Origin: Epiperipatus broadwayi
Lineage: Eukaryota; Animalia; Onychophora
Reading direction: 5' to 3'
Length of the DNA stretch: 64,000 nucleotides
Assembly: GCA_028023455.1 (NCBI GenBank)
Contig: JAQFVV010000011.1
Coordinates: forward strand, 4,278,001-4,342,000
Shown here in pieces: positions 48,212 to 61,655 of this stretch; the first letter of the stretch is position 1; the number at the start of each line of letters is the position of its first letter. A program made the position numbers and the translations under genes. Under the pieces are notes generated by a model. It searched no databases and was not told where the DNA came from. It saw only the letters and a list, made by a program, of their open reading frames with translations.

Positions 48212-50411
48212 ACACAGCTATGTTTAATTTAAAAGATATATATATTATAATTATAAAATTAGAAACAACCATGTAGAATATTAAATATAAATATTAAAAT
48301 TATGGCAAAATAAATTTTTTTTTATGTCGATAGATATACATTTTATTCTTGAAAGTTTTTCATAAATTGTAATATATCTTTTGCTTTTGAAAATACTTAA
48401 ACATGTTCGTATTCACACACAAACACTTAGTCAAAGTTTTTGGAAATGCTTCAATATATATTATTGATTGGGAATTTCATCTGTTGCCTTCAAATAAATA
48501 ATTTTCTTTATAAACATTTATACTCATGGTAAAGATTTATAAAAAATGAAAGTGTTTTTCTATCTGGCTAAAATGTAATTATATGTTTGCTTCATCTTTA
48601 TAAATAGTATATATTTCATCTTTTACACTTTAAAATATGTAATGTGTTTATTATATGAAATAAGATTATAGCTCATTCCGATTTGTGACTAATTATGTTT
48701 AAGGATTTAACCCAGCTAAAGAAACAGATCATGTCAAGCTTGTATTGCTATTGTTTACAATTCATAAGTAGGCTATTACTTATATGTGTAACTTTCATAA
48801 ACTGGCTCACATTGCTTGTTCAAGCCTTGTCACTAATCATAGATTTCAAGTTAGCATGAAATTGAAAAGGGCTACACATGCTTGGGTTATATCATTCTTT
48901 TCATTTATAAATTTTGTTTTAAAAGAAAGAGCTTTTTAATAGTTTATCTTATATTTTTTTTAGATTTTATACAAAATAAACACTGAAGTAATATGTATAG
49001 TCAAAGTAGATTATGATTCATATGCAAGGGAAATATTAATTTCTGCCGATTCATATGACTTGGAAGTCACACTTCTTGCAGATCATCAACAATGATGAAT
49101 ACTTCCTTTCACAGAAGATGAAATTATGATTCCCAAAAAAAATTGTGGATGACCAATGTATCCAGAGCTAAAGATTTCTACTATCTTTAAGTATTCAATT
49201 TTATATTTTTAAAATTTTTTTTGATAAAAACTATAAAAAAAAAATCATTTCTGAAACTAATAAAGACATGCTACAGAGCAGAAAAAAAGTTCCAGGCTGG
49301 ATACAATGTCATCCTGCAAGGTGTCTGTATTTTTTGGATGACAATTAACATTTCATCTATCGGTAGATTACAATATACCTAGAGTAAGAAATGATGAAAT
49401 AGATTTTTTTCATATATTATTCTATTTACATTTTAGTGATAATAAACAAATATTAATTGTAAGGATCATAATAGGATTTATGAAATAAAGTCAATTATAA
49501 AGAGATTGTTGTATAGGCAAAAGTGCAACTTTAGATGCTGGCTTAAGTCTGGGTACTTGAGCTATGCTCTCAGTAATTTTGCCACATTTTGAAAAGCAGC
49601 ATCATGTTATTTTTCAATAATATAATAATACAGGTTAGTGCCTGTTCAGACTATTTACATAAGCTTTCCGTGCACTATATAAATTAATTACTACTTCTCA
49701 ATAATGAATTTTGTTTTTTAATAAATTACAATTTATTAAAGTTTTCTTTGCATAATTTTTGATTTACAATAATTATTGTTGTAATTATAAATTTATTTAA
49801 CACACATTGATTACATAAATAATATTTACTAAGGCAATAAACCTAAAGCTTGTGCGGTTAAAAATGTGAAAGTAGGGACCTCTACTGGTCTTAACCACAA
49901 GCTTATGCATTGGAAGAAAAGAGGGGAACCCTTCTTTACTTCAACCTACTTTATTGTTAGATATTATTGACTTTATTTATTAGAAAGAAACATTCCTAGT
50001 ATATGATTGCATGCATTGTCAAATGTTGGGGCAGCTTATAAAAATGTGTCTGCATTTTTCATTTTTAATGTTTTTAGATAAGTCATGTTTTATATCATTT
50101 TATTTAGAATTTCATAAGGAATATAATGAATTCTGTCTATACAAGTATAAGTTTAAAATTTAATTTGTAAAATTTTTGAATACATATAGGATTAAGAATT
50201 TTCATTATTAAAAACATTGCTTTATCTAAATTTTTTTTTATTGGTAATGACTATATGTTATCAGCTTTATTATATTTTTTGATATTTGCTCTGTCTATAA
50301 ATTTATGATATTTTATTCTTGATTTGTTCAAACTGAAGTTATTGTATAAATTATATCTCTAGTCCAATTTCTCTAAACATTCAATATGGCAGTCCAGGGA
50401 TTCTTATAGAT

Positions 50412-51059
50412 AATTGCAAGAAAATCAAGTCATACATCACGTGACTTAATTTAATAAGCTTGTATTACAAATGTTATATAATGAGCATGCCAGTAGCTCT
50501 TAATAAGCTTTTCAGAACATTCCTATCCTCAGATTGATTTCTAGCTCTGGCTTTCGTCTGTTGGGCGCTAGGATATTCAAGCATTAGATTTAAAATACCA
50601 AGCCAATCCCAGAACTTAATCTAATGTTTAACTATTAAGTACACAATCTGAAATTGTCAGATATCCATGTCTTCAAATCTAGCTATTATATAACATTTGT
50701 AATATGAGCTTATTAAGTCATATGATATATGGCTTGATTTTCTTGCAATTATTGTTATTGTTCTTAAGGCTTTGGTGATTTTATTTTGCTAAAGCTATTA
50801 ATATATGGTGTATCTGAACTTAGTTCAGTCCCATATAGCTATTTATATTAGATATCTGATGACATGGATGTCTGAAAATTTCAGATTTTCTACTTAATAG
50901 TTAAGCATTAGATAAAGTGCTAGGATGGACCTGGTATTTTAAATCTAATGCTTGAATATCTTAGCGCCTCACTGATGAAAGCCAGAACTAGAAACCGGTC
51001 TGAGTATAGGGATGTTCTGAAAAGCTTGTTAAGAACTATTGGCATGCTCATTATATAAC
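50412..51059. mobile_element. Family D fold-back insertion with circularly permuted 365-nt monomer
   Basis: 12-bp TSD ATTCTTATAGAT at 50400-50411 and 51060-51071. Short antisense arm with tail 50412-~50683. The long sense arm starts and ends with ATTATATAACATT (50685 and 51050). Confidence 0.9.
50968..51004 (+). ncRNA. Putative minimal hammerhead ribozyme, family D
   Basis: ctca-CTGATGA-aagccagaacta-GAAAC-CG-GTC/tgag; palindromic ACCGGT stem III; stem II is AGC/GCT in the sister arm; predicted cleavage after C51000. Confidence 0.7.
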
Positions 51060-51779
51060 ATTCTTATAGATGATATGTTGGTTTATAACAGTGCTCAGTA
51101 ATTTTAGTTCTGCTATTTTAATATTGAAAAAAAATTAAAATGATAAAATTGAAAATAAATAAAATTTTGTATGTTATGCATCATAGTGGCTAATGTGTTG
51201 TTGAATTTTATAAAAGTCAAGAATTTATTAAAAAAAAAACTAATTGTGGGTAATTGCCCAAGTTCTAATTGTTCCTTCAGCTGATCATTCTAATTTGCAC
51301 AATTAAGAAAAAGATAATAAATGGAGCCTTGCTGCTGAAAAGATTTACCAGGAAAAAAAAGCTTTTTATTAATTAATTTTCTTTAGAAAATGATCTGTTT
51401 TTATTATAAAAAGTTATTTAATTATTGAGTAACATACATTTGCATTAAAGATTGACTTATAAGTGACGGTTTTGTGATTGAAACCAGTAAAATAAATTAA
51501 TTGTACATATGAGTTTCCTTGTTTTAAAAAAGTTAAGGTTTTGGAATCTTGTGTTAGATGATGTTAAACATGCAATTGAAAATTAATTTTATTTTCATAA
51601 CCAAGATTATTTTATGAAGTATAAAAGAAGTCGTACAAGGAAACAGTCTTTTAATGTTATCATTGTTCTAGAAGCTTTGTTTATTTAAATATTTTTATTT
51701 GGCATTTGAAAATTCTAAAAATTTTGTTCATCAAAGTTAAATAAATATTTGACTATAATGTCATTTCTTTACCTTCCAA

Positions 51780-54700
51780 TTTTGAATGCAAGATTATTGT
51801 GAGAAATAATTCTGGAAAAGTCTAATTAGTGGGGATATATAGATTAAGTGTTTTAAGAAAGGAATAAGCAGATAAGAAAGTGGTTTATTAGTAAAATTTA
51901 CTAATGCTGTAAATCTGGAGCTAAAATATTTTGTGTGAGTATAGTGGTGTTTTTTTCTTTTGGATGTGTAATATGGGTTTATTAGAAATATGATTAGTTT
52001 ATTAAAGAAAGAGAATAAAATATTAGATTGAATTAATTTACAATAAATTTTTATTCAGAAGAAAAGTGGTGATATATATATATATTGTAACCTCTCAATC
52101 TAGCTTTGTTTGGAAGAGATTCGGTAGAGCAAGAGAAATTGAGCCTTTATAAGAAATTGAAAGGAACATATAGGAGTTAGATTGAAATTGGGTAAGAAAA
52201 ATCGGATGTGTAGTATATATTAAGCTATTGAAAATAGGGAAGATGCAAAAACATTGAACAAAAAAATATTTGGAAATATTTACTAAAGTAATGACTTGGT
52301 GAATGTATTTGGGGCACTACTGAAAAGGATTTGTGAGAATGGTGGAATGAAACTTTGAAATCTGATTAAAATATATGTTGGAGAGTTTACATGGTCGAGG
52401 CAGAATAGATTACATATTAGTAGTTAAAAAAAAGACTAGGAAAGATAAAAAATAAAATGTTTGATCAAAAAAAAAGGAGATATAATACTGATTGTAATTT
52501 TATGATGATAGAATTAGGAGAATCTTAAAGATTAAATTCAGATATTTATAGCAATGGATAGTAATAAAGACTGGAATTAAATTCAATAGATTTAATATAT
52601 TGGAAAGAATAATGAAAAATAGTGGAATCTAAAATTTATAAAGAATGGACCAAGTTATTTGTAGATGAATATTTATTTAGAATTAATAGGGTTAACAAAA
52701 AAAAATGGGACAAAAAAAAATTGAAAAGTATAATAGAAAGAAAAATGATATGTAGGAAATGAGGCTTTAAAAACAACAAATTGGGGGAAGAAAAAAAGCT
52801 AGCTGAAATAACTATTTAAGAAGAAAGAAATAGAATAGAATTTAAGTGGAAATGACATGAAACTTAGAAGTGACCGAGTAAGTTAATAATGGGAAAAGAG
52901 GATTGTTAAAAAAATTGGAGAATTTTTTAAGAAAAGGCATTCAATAATCTTTTAGATTACTCTTAACTTGGTGAATGTATTTGGGGCACTACTGAAAAGG
53001 ATTTGTGAGAATGGTGGAATGAAACTTTGAAATCTGATTAAAATATATGTTGGAGAGTTTACATGGTCGAGGCAGAATAGATTACATATTAGTAGTTAAA
53101 AAAAGACTAGGAAAGATAAAAAATAAAATGTTTGATTAAAAAAAAAGGAGATATAATACTGATTGTAATTTTATGATGATAGAATTAGGAGAATCTTAAA
53201 GATTAAATTCAGATATTTATAGCAATGGATAGTAATAAAGACTGGAATTAAATTCAATAGATTTAATATATTGGAAAGAATAATGAAAAATAGTGGAATC
53301 TAAAATTTATAAAGAATGGACCAGTATGATGAAGTTATTTGTAGATGAATATTTATTTAGAATTAATAGGGTTAACAAAAAAAAAATGGGACAAAAAAAA
53401 ATTGAAAAGTATAATAGAAAGAAAAATGATATGTAGGAAATGTAATGAGACTTTAAAAACAACAAATGGGGGAAGAAAAAAAGCTAGATGAAATAACTAT
53501 TTAAGAAGAAAGAAATAGAATAGAATTTAAGTGGAAATGACATGAAACTTAGAAGTTAACCGAGTAAGTTAATAATGGGAAAAGAGGATTGTTAAAAAAA
53601 ATTGGAGAATTTTTTAAGAAAAGGCATTCAATAATCTTTTAGATTACTCTTAATTTTATCAATATAATATTTTATATAGGGATAGTGATGAATTTAAAAA
53701 AAATAGTTAATTTGTAAGAAATTTTTTGGATAATGGGGAATGGATAGATAAGTAAATGAGATTCAATAAATACAGAGTTGAATAGAGCAATAGGTAATTT
53801 TAGAAATGAAAGAGTAAGAAGATTAGACAGTACAAGTTGAAATGTTAATAAATATGGAAAGATATACAAGAGCTGGTTTTAAAAGGAGGTAATCCTAGTG
53901 AGATTCAAGATGAATAAAAGGTTGTGATGATTAGATTTGTTATATCAAGAAAAAGATTTTAGTCTGTTAACTAGTTATGTACCTGTAGTAATACCCTTGA
54001 TAGCTCATAAAATACTTACATATTTATTAATAGATAAGGTTAAAACTTGAATAAAGGAGAGCAAAATCTTAGGGAGATTATGAATGGATTCTGTTCAGAG
54101 ATGGGTTGAGTTAGTTTATTCATTGACACTCGATTGAAATATAAGGGAAATAAGCTTAGATATAGAAAATTTTATTACAAGGTGGAAAAGAATAGATCAT
54201 AGAAAAATATTGGAAATATGGGAATAGATGTAAGATTGATTAAAGCTGTTTTCAATGATAACTTTTATAAATATCAATTGTATGATATAGAATTAGTGAA
54301 AATCAAATGAGAAATCATCAAAAGAATTGGAGGTTGGGATAGAAAGATTGAGGCAGCAAATAATGTGGCATATATTTGAAAATAGTATAAAACATATGGA
54401 ATTGTTATTAAGAAAGGGGAGAAAGAGGAAGAATTATGAAAATTAAGTTCAGTTAGGATAAAAAAAAGTCTTAAAATATTCATATTTAATGACAAAATAA
54501 AACTTAAGGATGGAAAAGAGAGATATTTAACTAAATGTCAAGTATGCAAACAGTTGGAAATTGGAGTTGAAACAAAAAGCAAAATATGAAATTAGTCAAA
54601 ATCTAGCATGTTTCTTATATAACATATATGAATATAGAAATATTTGGCCAAATAGAATGGTGTTTTCTTTAACATTTGAAATTGAAACATTTTACATTCG

Positions 54701-55600
54701 GTCTGAGAAATTTTTTATATACAATTCAAAAAAAGTAAGCAAATATGTATTGAGTGGTCATTTGTAAACACTAAATGAGAAAGTCTATTCAAGGCAAATG
54801 GATTGGGTCAATATTTTAATGAGGAAATATGAATTAAAATAGATTAGTAATAATAGTGGTTACAGACATGTTGGATGGGGAAAATTTTACAAATGCAAAA
54901 TTAATAGAGAGGGGATAAATATGTTGAGAATATATTACAAGTATCTAATTACGAGGGCTGAGAAAAAAAAGAAAGACTAATTGGTTAAAGAAAAATAGTA
55001 TTATAAATAATGAAAATGAATAATAATAAAAAGTTTTGAGTTATATATAAAATATTAAAGGATGTAAAATAATATTAGAAAAAGCTTATTATTTGTTGCA
55101 AGAACAGGCTTTAGTACCAGATGAAAGAAAGCAAAAATAGAATAAGAATTTTTTTCAGAAGATATACTTTATGTGAAGATAGGAGAAGCAATGTATATTG
55201 GAACTCTATAAAGTAAAAGAAATGGAGTCAGAGGGAAATGTAAAAATAGGTTAATGGTATTGAGTAAATAGCTTTTATTAAAATAGAATACAAGAAAATG
55301 AATCAAGACTAGAAGAATGATTTAGTAATGAGGAATAAGAAGTAAATGATTTTAATATATAACATTTATAGATGAAGCAGTGTTTAACTTGACCATCAGA
55401 GTCTGTGAACATAGGATCTACATATAAAAAATCTAATTTCATTAGAAGCATTTTGTATATCAATTTTAAAGTTATTTAAACAACTGTAGACAGAATCAAT
55501 TATTTAAGTTTAAAGCAGGAACTCCGAAAACAGAAAGAATTGTAAATAACGAAAAAAGATAAATTTGTCATAAGATTTATTAGAGTATGGAAAAGAAAGT
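51780..55600 (+). mobile_element. Highly decayed APE-RT non-LTR retrotransposon (probably RTE-like)
   Basis: Long purine-rich + strand with broken motifs such as FTWSR..RIDYIL (APE) and RT-like remnants near 54100-54420; boundaries approximate. Confidence 0.5.
52294..53653. repeat. Near-identical tandem duplication (~672 and ~688 bp) inside the decayed LINE
   Basis: ACTTGGTGAATGTATTTGGGGCACTACTG starts at 52294 and 52966; both units end GATTACTCTTAA and differ by only a few small indels. Confidence 0.95.
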
Positions 55601-55729
55601 TGAATATTTGCTATTAAAATTTAGTAATTTTAGTAAAGATAAAATGTAAATGATGAAATTATGTGAATCATATATTATAAATTATATTTTTTAATATATA
55701 ATAAATTATATAATTGATTGTATTTAAAT

Positions 55730-56200
55730 AATTGAAACAGATGTAACTGCACCTCCCACTGAGTTATGTAAAATGTCAACAACTTCGAAAAGAGAGAACG
55801 ATACTAATCTAACTTTTAGTTCTGTTGTTATATAAGCTTAGTTTTTAATGTAGTTTTAAAACTATAGAAAATGAATATTGTCTGTTATTCAAATTAATAA
55901 TCGGAAATTACCATTGAAATTATAATTAAATTTATGATTATTTATTAAACTGATTTTTTATTTCATGTTTAGAGGTTGTTAAAACTAAGACTCGGTCTTA
56001 ATCCTCTGAATGCTTTAATAGTGATTTCAGATTATTTACATCGGCACATAAAATAATAGACAATTCATCCTATAATCCAAAACTATGTAAAAAAAAAAGC
56101 TAAGCTTATATAATGGCAGGGGTAAAAGATAGATTGGTAACATTCTGTCTTGACATTTTACATAGGTAAGTGGAAGACACAGTTACGTTTCAATTATTTA
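55730..56200. repeat. Old fold-back element with ~155-bp diverged arms, ~90 bp upstream of a PRKX exon
   Basis: TGTAACTG..CTCCCACT...TATGTAAAATGTCAA...TTATATAAGCTTAG (55740-55830) is inverted at ~56095-56190. Confidence 0.6.
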
Positions 56201-56270
56201 TATTTAAAGTTATGATTATATACTATTAAATAGATTGTATTTATATATGTAAGATTGTTTTAACAGTTGA

Positions 56271-56441
<171 letters not shown>

Positions 56442-56583
56442 TAATTTAGTTATTTTTATATAAAGATTGTAAAAAATGTAGTGTATGGTAATTTTAAGAA
56501 AATATCTAATAAACCCAGCACTAATATATATATATATGTGTAAGACAAATCGAAACACTAATTTTCCATATCCTATCAATATA

Positions 56584-57031
56584 CAGGGTATATGAGCACA
56601 GACTTTTACTCCACCCATCACTCTCCACCCTATCTCATATAACACTGATACACTTGAACACATATATGTCGAAAAGATAAATAATCACTAATATACGCAT
56701 TTCATGCTAAACCAGCAATCATCAGTTGGTCCTGATTACCATCTCCACACATATATGCCATAAGTGCTCAGATATATATTAAGGTAGCCAATCTTCATAC
56801 TTTAATGGACAGGCTTCAATCTACTCCTCACTCCAACTCTTCAACCGTCCATCCAATTGAAAATCTGATGATGGAATGCTCAAAGGCTACCCTGAGGCCG
56901 AATTCTTGTCACACCCATGTTGACCTAAGGTCAGTCTGATCCCTCATATACAGGACATAATCCATTTAATATATATACAAGGGATGGGCAGACATCTCTA
57001 CTATGTAATAACTGAAACATAGGCTTATTAT
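56584..57031 (-). mobile_element. Family F solo insertion
   Basis: Aligns to both arms of 11965-13016; 16-bp TSD ATATCCTATCAATATA at 56568-56583 and 57032-57047. Confidence 0.85.
56688..56729 (-). ncRNA. Putative hammerhead ribozyme, family F
   Basis: Minus strand reads ccaa-CTGATGA-ttgctg(gtt)tagcat-GAA-ATGCGTAT-A/ttag: intact core, slightly degraded stems. Confidence 0.55.
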
Positions 57032-58596
57032 ATATCCTATCAATATAAATGTAACATCTATTTTCTCTTTGACAGAAACCTGTAAGAATAAAACAACTTT
57101 TTACTCTATGGCTCCAGGTATTATAATTTAGAAAATCAAAATTTATAACATATTGAGCCATAAAAATTAATGGTCACAGAAAAAATGAGCAATTTTAAGA
57201 ATAACTTTTAAAATAAAACTTTATTTATATTTCGTTAATTGGTCATCAGTGGAATCACTAGCTAATATCAGTTTTTTCATTCATAGTCAAAAATGATCTT
57301 TCTGTTTTAGGTCTTGGATTGGCTGAGAGTTTGCTCACCATATTAACAATCAAATTAATAGTTGTTGTTTTTTTTTTACTCTTAAATATATAAACTAAAA
57401 CAATATGCCTTAAGATTTTAAATATGTATTCAATCCATATTATAAAGAACTAATGGTGGAAGAGAGTTCATTATGATCACAGGAGCAGAGATAAATATTT
57501 AGACATAGCCTATACAAACATTTACCATACAAACCGTGATTACCTTAATATTGTAAGAAACTATAGTGATCTTTATATATTGCACATTAATAAATTTTAG
57601 AGGAATGTTTTGAAATTAGTATTACAGAAAGCAGAATGATTTTTAATAATTTAAACATTTTAAAACACCCCTCACTTATTGTTGTTTATATTTTTTTTTC
57701 GTTAATCATATTAAAACATTCTGATTACCATTTGCAAAACTATTTATTAATAAATCAAAATAATTTTTTAAAAAATGAAATTCTGGCTAATATTTTTATA
57801 TAGTTTGATTCGTAAAGTAAATTTATTTAATACTTCCAGTAATTTATTTATGACATTATCCTGAAATCATTATAGATAAGGATAGTTCCAGAGGAAGTTG
57901 TTTTTTTTTTTCATATCCTAAAAAGATTTTAAAATAAAAAATTTAATATTACTATTAAATATATCAAAGTTGTATATGCCAATTATTTATATATCAGTAT
58001 TTTTTAGAAAAATAATATATGTATATTGTGTTTAATATTTATATTATATATAAAATAATTTTTGATACGCAGATTGATCACAGTCTATCTATAATCATGC
58101 TTCTACAATCTATTTGAAATTATAACAGCCGTCATTATCTATAAAGAATATAATGAATTTAAAATACAATTTTCAGGAATTCCTGCAATTTACGTAATGT
58201 AAAGACAAATTACTTTGCTAGATCTTAGAATATCAAGAAAAACAATAAAGATTTTAAAAAAAATATCAATTTAAACATTTTTTAAAATTATCCATTTGTG
58301 ATTGCTGTGAATTTCGATAAATGTTAAATATGAATTTTTAATAGCAATTTCATATCTCATAACAGGTTGTCAGTGCGAAAAAAAAATTCCAAATCTGATT
58401 TTACTTGAAAAATTTTTCAATTTTATATAATCCAAATTCAAATCCAGATCATAGAATATGGCAGGCAGATTACTGTTGATCAACAATAACATTTATATAA
58501 ATGCTAATTACTGATACGCTAAAATTAATTGCGTTACGGTGAAACTTTTAAGTTTTATTAATTAGTAGGCTTTTTTTTTATCTTTTCTATCTTTTA

Positions 58597-58875
58597 GACT
58601 TGGCGCTTTCCGAGCCCTTGCAGCTCCATATTCATAGTCCTTTTGATACTGTTAACTATATGTAAATGCATGCAAATTACTTATATCATCCATTTTTTCT
58701 AAATCGCGAAACATGTGTCCTTTCTGTTTATTGCTCTGGCATCGCTGGTGATGAAACATGCTTCCTTGACCTTCCTCTTGACATCGTTTCTTTCTGTGCA
58801 TACGATGTCGGCTTTAGATGGTTCAGATTTGTGGTTATGTTCCTGCTGATGGTCAGCAAATACTGAGCTGCCTAT
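58597..58875 (-). mobile_element. 3' fragment of a second Penelope-like family (GIY-YIG C-terminus plus degenerate HHR)
   Basis: Minus frame SSVFADHQQEHNHKSEPSKADIVCTERNDVKRKVKEACFITSDARAINRKDTCFAI* matches the PLE GIY-YIG C-terminal pattern; HHR-like motif at 58597-58639. Confidence 0.75.
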
Positions 58876-61234
58876 GTAAACTTAAAAATAATTGAATAAA
58901 AAAATTGCCATAGCATGTGTTAATGATGATTATCTATGTAGGTTAAATTCTCTGTCTAATTGTACATTACTACCAAAAAATTCTCTGCAATATGAATAAA
59001 TAAATTGATTAATGAGAAATATTTGCTTCATTCAATCAAATAAAAATTAGAAACCGAAAACATGTTAATCATGATTTGAACTTTTTCATCAGGTATATAT
59101 ATGAATCATAATTATTCAAGATTTATTTTTTAAAAAAAATAGTAAAACTATAAACACTGGGATTTCTCCCATTTACAATAATTTGCAGAAGTAATAATGT
59201 TTACAAAAAAATGGGCAAAATAGTGTTTTAATTTAAATAGGAAAAAATTAATTTACAAGTGTTAAATTTTCGGTATTCATCCACTTCAGATATTATTTTA
59301 TTAAATTTTTTTTATATTGTTAGAAATTTTCATTGTGCATCAAATATTTTTCAGGTCTATTTTTTTTTAAAACAATCCAGATTATTTTCTGTTTTGTAAT
59401 TGTGCTGTTAGATTAATGAAATTATTTTTCGGTAATGGTCCAATTTTCAATTGAATCGTTATTGTCCATTTTTTAAAAATCTGAATTGTCATCTGTTTTG
59501 AAATTTTCCATAATTATTGATTAAAACAATATATTAATTACAATAATAAATCATTGCTCTATATTGTTATTTTTTTCCCTCTATTAGCCCAAGTTGTAGT
59601 ATGCAAAAATTCAGCCATCAAATAGTTTGATTTATACTTAATACTTTAACATTTAATTTAAATTGTTAGATTATATTTACTGAAACTAATTAATCATTGT
59701 CAATAACATTGTTTGATTAATAAAAATTTATTATATTTAATTAGATAATAAAATAAATATTTATTTATTTATTTTAAAAAAAGGATGTGGTCTTTATCAG
59801 AAAATGTCTCATATTTTGTAAAACAAAAGGATTTTCAAAAGTTTAAAGTGTATAAAATATATTAGTATATACAGAAAATTATATGTTGCTGCAAACCAGA
59901 GTAATTATAAAAATTTAGAGTGGAGGAGCCAAAATGTTTGTTTATTACCACATGGTTATTTATTACTTTCAAGCATCAGTTGATTTTATTTATTTCTACT
60001 TTTCTATTTATATAAATTGATAGAAGACTGAAATGTAATGTGTAATAAAGTTTTCATCTCTTGGTTCTATAAGTTTATTTAAAGTAGATACTTATAATGA
60101 TATTCAAAATCTTAAAAAATTCAGTGCTTACATACTTGAATTTCATTGCAAATGGATAATTCAATTAAGCATCATTCTTTTATTACTTTTTGTTTATTTA
60201 AATTAAAAAGACAATAAAAATGTAACTAATAAAAAATTGATAATTAATTCTTATCGATTTATTTACTTTTAAATTTTATAAATAAAAATGTAGGTATTTA
60301 CTAAATTACTGTCTACAAAACCTTATTTCTGAGGTTACCTATTTATTTATTTAAAATAATCTTTTTTAAAATCAAATTTAATCTAAAGTTGCATCAGCCA
60401 TTCAAGTTTGTTTTCTATAATCCTATTATTAGCAACTGAAAAATCGTATTTGTTTTAGCAGAAGTTGATTTACTCTTGCTCTAGTTTGCTGCCCTTTTGC
60501 CAATAATTTCGGAATTAGTAAATTCTTGAGTGAGAATCTGACATTTATCATTTCTGCCAGATTGGATTTTCTGAACACCATCTTCATCAGATATAGAATT
60601 ATTTTGATTACTAGCTTTTAAAGAATTATTTAACATTTGTTTTGCTATTTTGTAGCTTTTTTTTTTTTAAAGGTAGCTTAAAAAATATAATTTTGTTTTG
60701 ATAACTAAAATTTTGAAGAAATTTATAACATGCTGTAATATTTTTGCTTTTTCATTTTTAATTTCAATAAAATGCTCAATTTATTTCACTATTAATCTTT
60801 TCTCAAAAATTTCAGTGCATCTTACGTAATTAAGAATGTTGAATTTTCTTAGCTTAAATATTTGTCAGTTATTCTAATAATTTTGATACCGCCAATAATA
60901 TTTCAACAAATTTTTACAAAATTATTTTTCCACATAGTACCTTCATTCAGATCATTTAGAATCTTTTTATCAGAAATCATTCATTCATTGCCTTCATGGT
61001 ATCCATATCTTACAATCTAACCCCTATCTCTTTCATATTTTTATAATACACCATTTCTAAATTAATATTTAAAAGCCTTTACAATTTTTTGAATATCTTC
61101 AATAGTTTCTTCGGTTATTTTTTGCATTCAGATATCTTTAATCTCTAGTGATTCAAAATCAGTGTTACGTTCACATTGTGATGATTCATCCTTGATACCA
61201 CTATAATCATTATCATGGATATTCTAACTCAATT

Positions 61235-61655
61235 AAAACAGGAAAAACTCTCCATACAGTAGTTCCACTCAGTGCCAACCAGAGTAATCAATGGATGCCA
61301 GAAGGCTTGTGCATAAAATCCCTATCTAGTGCCTTCTCATCCAATATCCCCAGACTAGTTTCTGGCCTGTGGCCTTCATCAGTGAGGAGCTTTGGATCTG
61401 AGAGCACTGCACGTAGATGTTAGGATCTAATGCAACCCTCAGATCCAAAGCTCCTCACTAATGAAGGCCACAAGCCAGAAACTAGTCTGGGGATATTGGA
61501 TGAGTAGGCACTAGATAGGGATTTTATGCACAAGCCTTCTGGCATCCCTTGATTACTCTGGTTGGCCATGAATGGCACTACTGTGTGGAGAGTTTTGCCT
61601 GTTTTAATAACAGTAAGGTGCTAGCATAAGAAATAGTGATCATGTGATGTTTAGT
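61235..61655. mobile_element. Family A fold-back insertion (young, close to consensus)
   Basis: Long antisense arm to 61440 joined through CTC microhomology to a short sense arm with tail; imperfect TSD GATATT(C/G)TAACTC..CAATT at 61218-61234 and 61656-61675. Confidence 0.9.
61347..61388 (-). ncRNA. Putative minimal hammerhead ribozyme, family A
   Basis: Minus strand reads tcctca-CTGATGA-a-ggcc(aca)ggcc-a-GAAAC-TA-GTC/tgggga, intact. The + arm copy has G5>A (CTAATGA, 61458-61464). Confidence 0.72.

Noticed and set aside
50849-50890. Second hammerhead in family D (CTGATGAcatggatgtctGAAAA)
   Set aside because: No NUH site with matching stems I and III, and the sister arm lacks the core.
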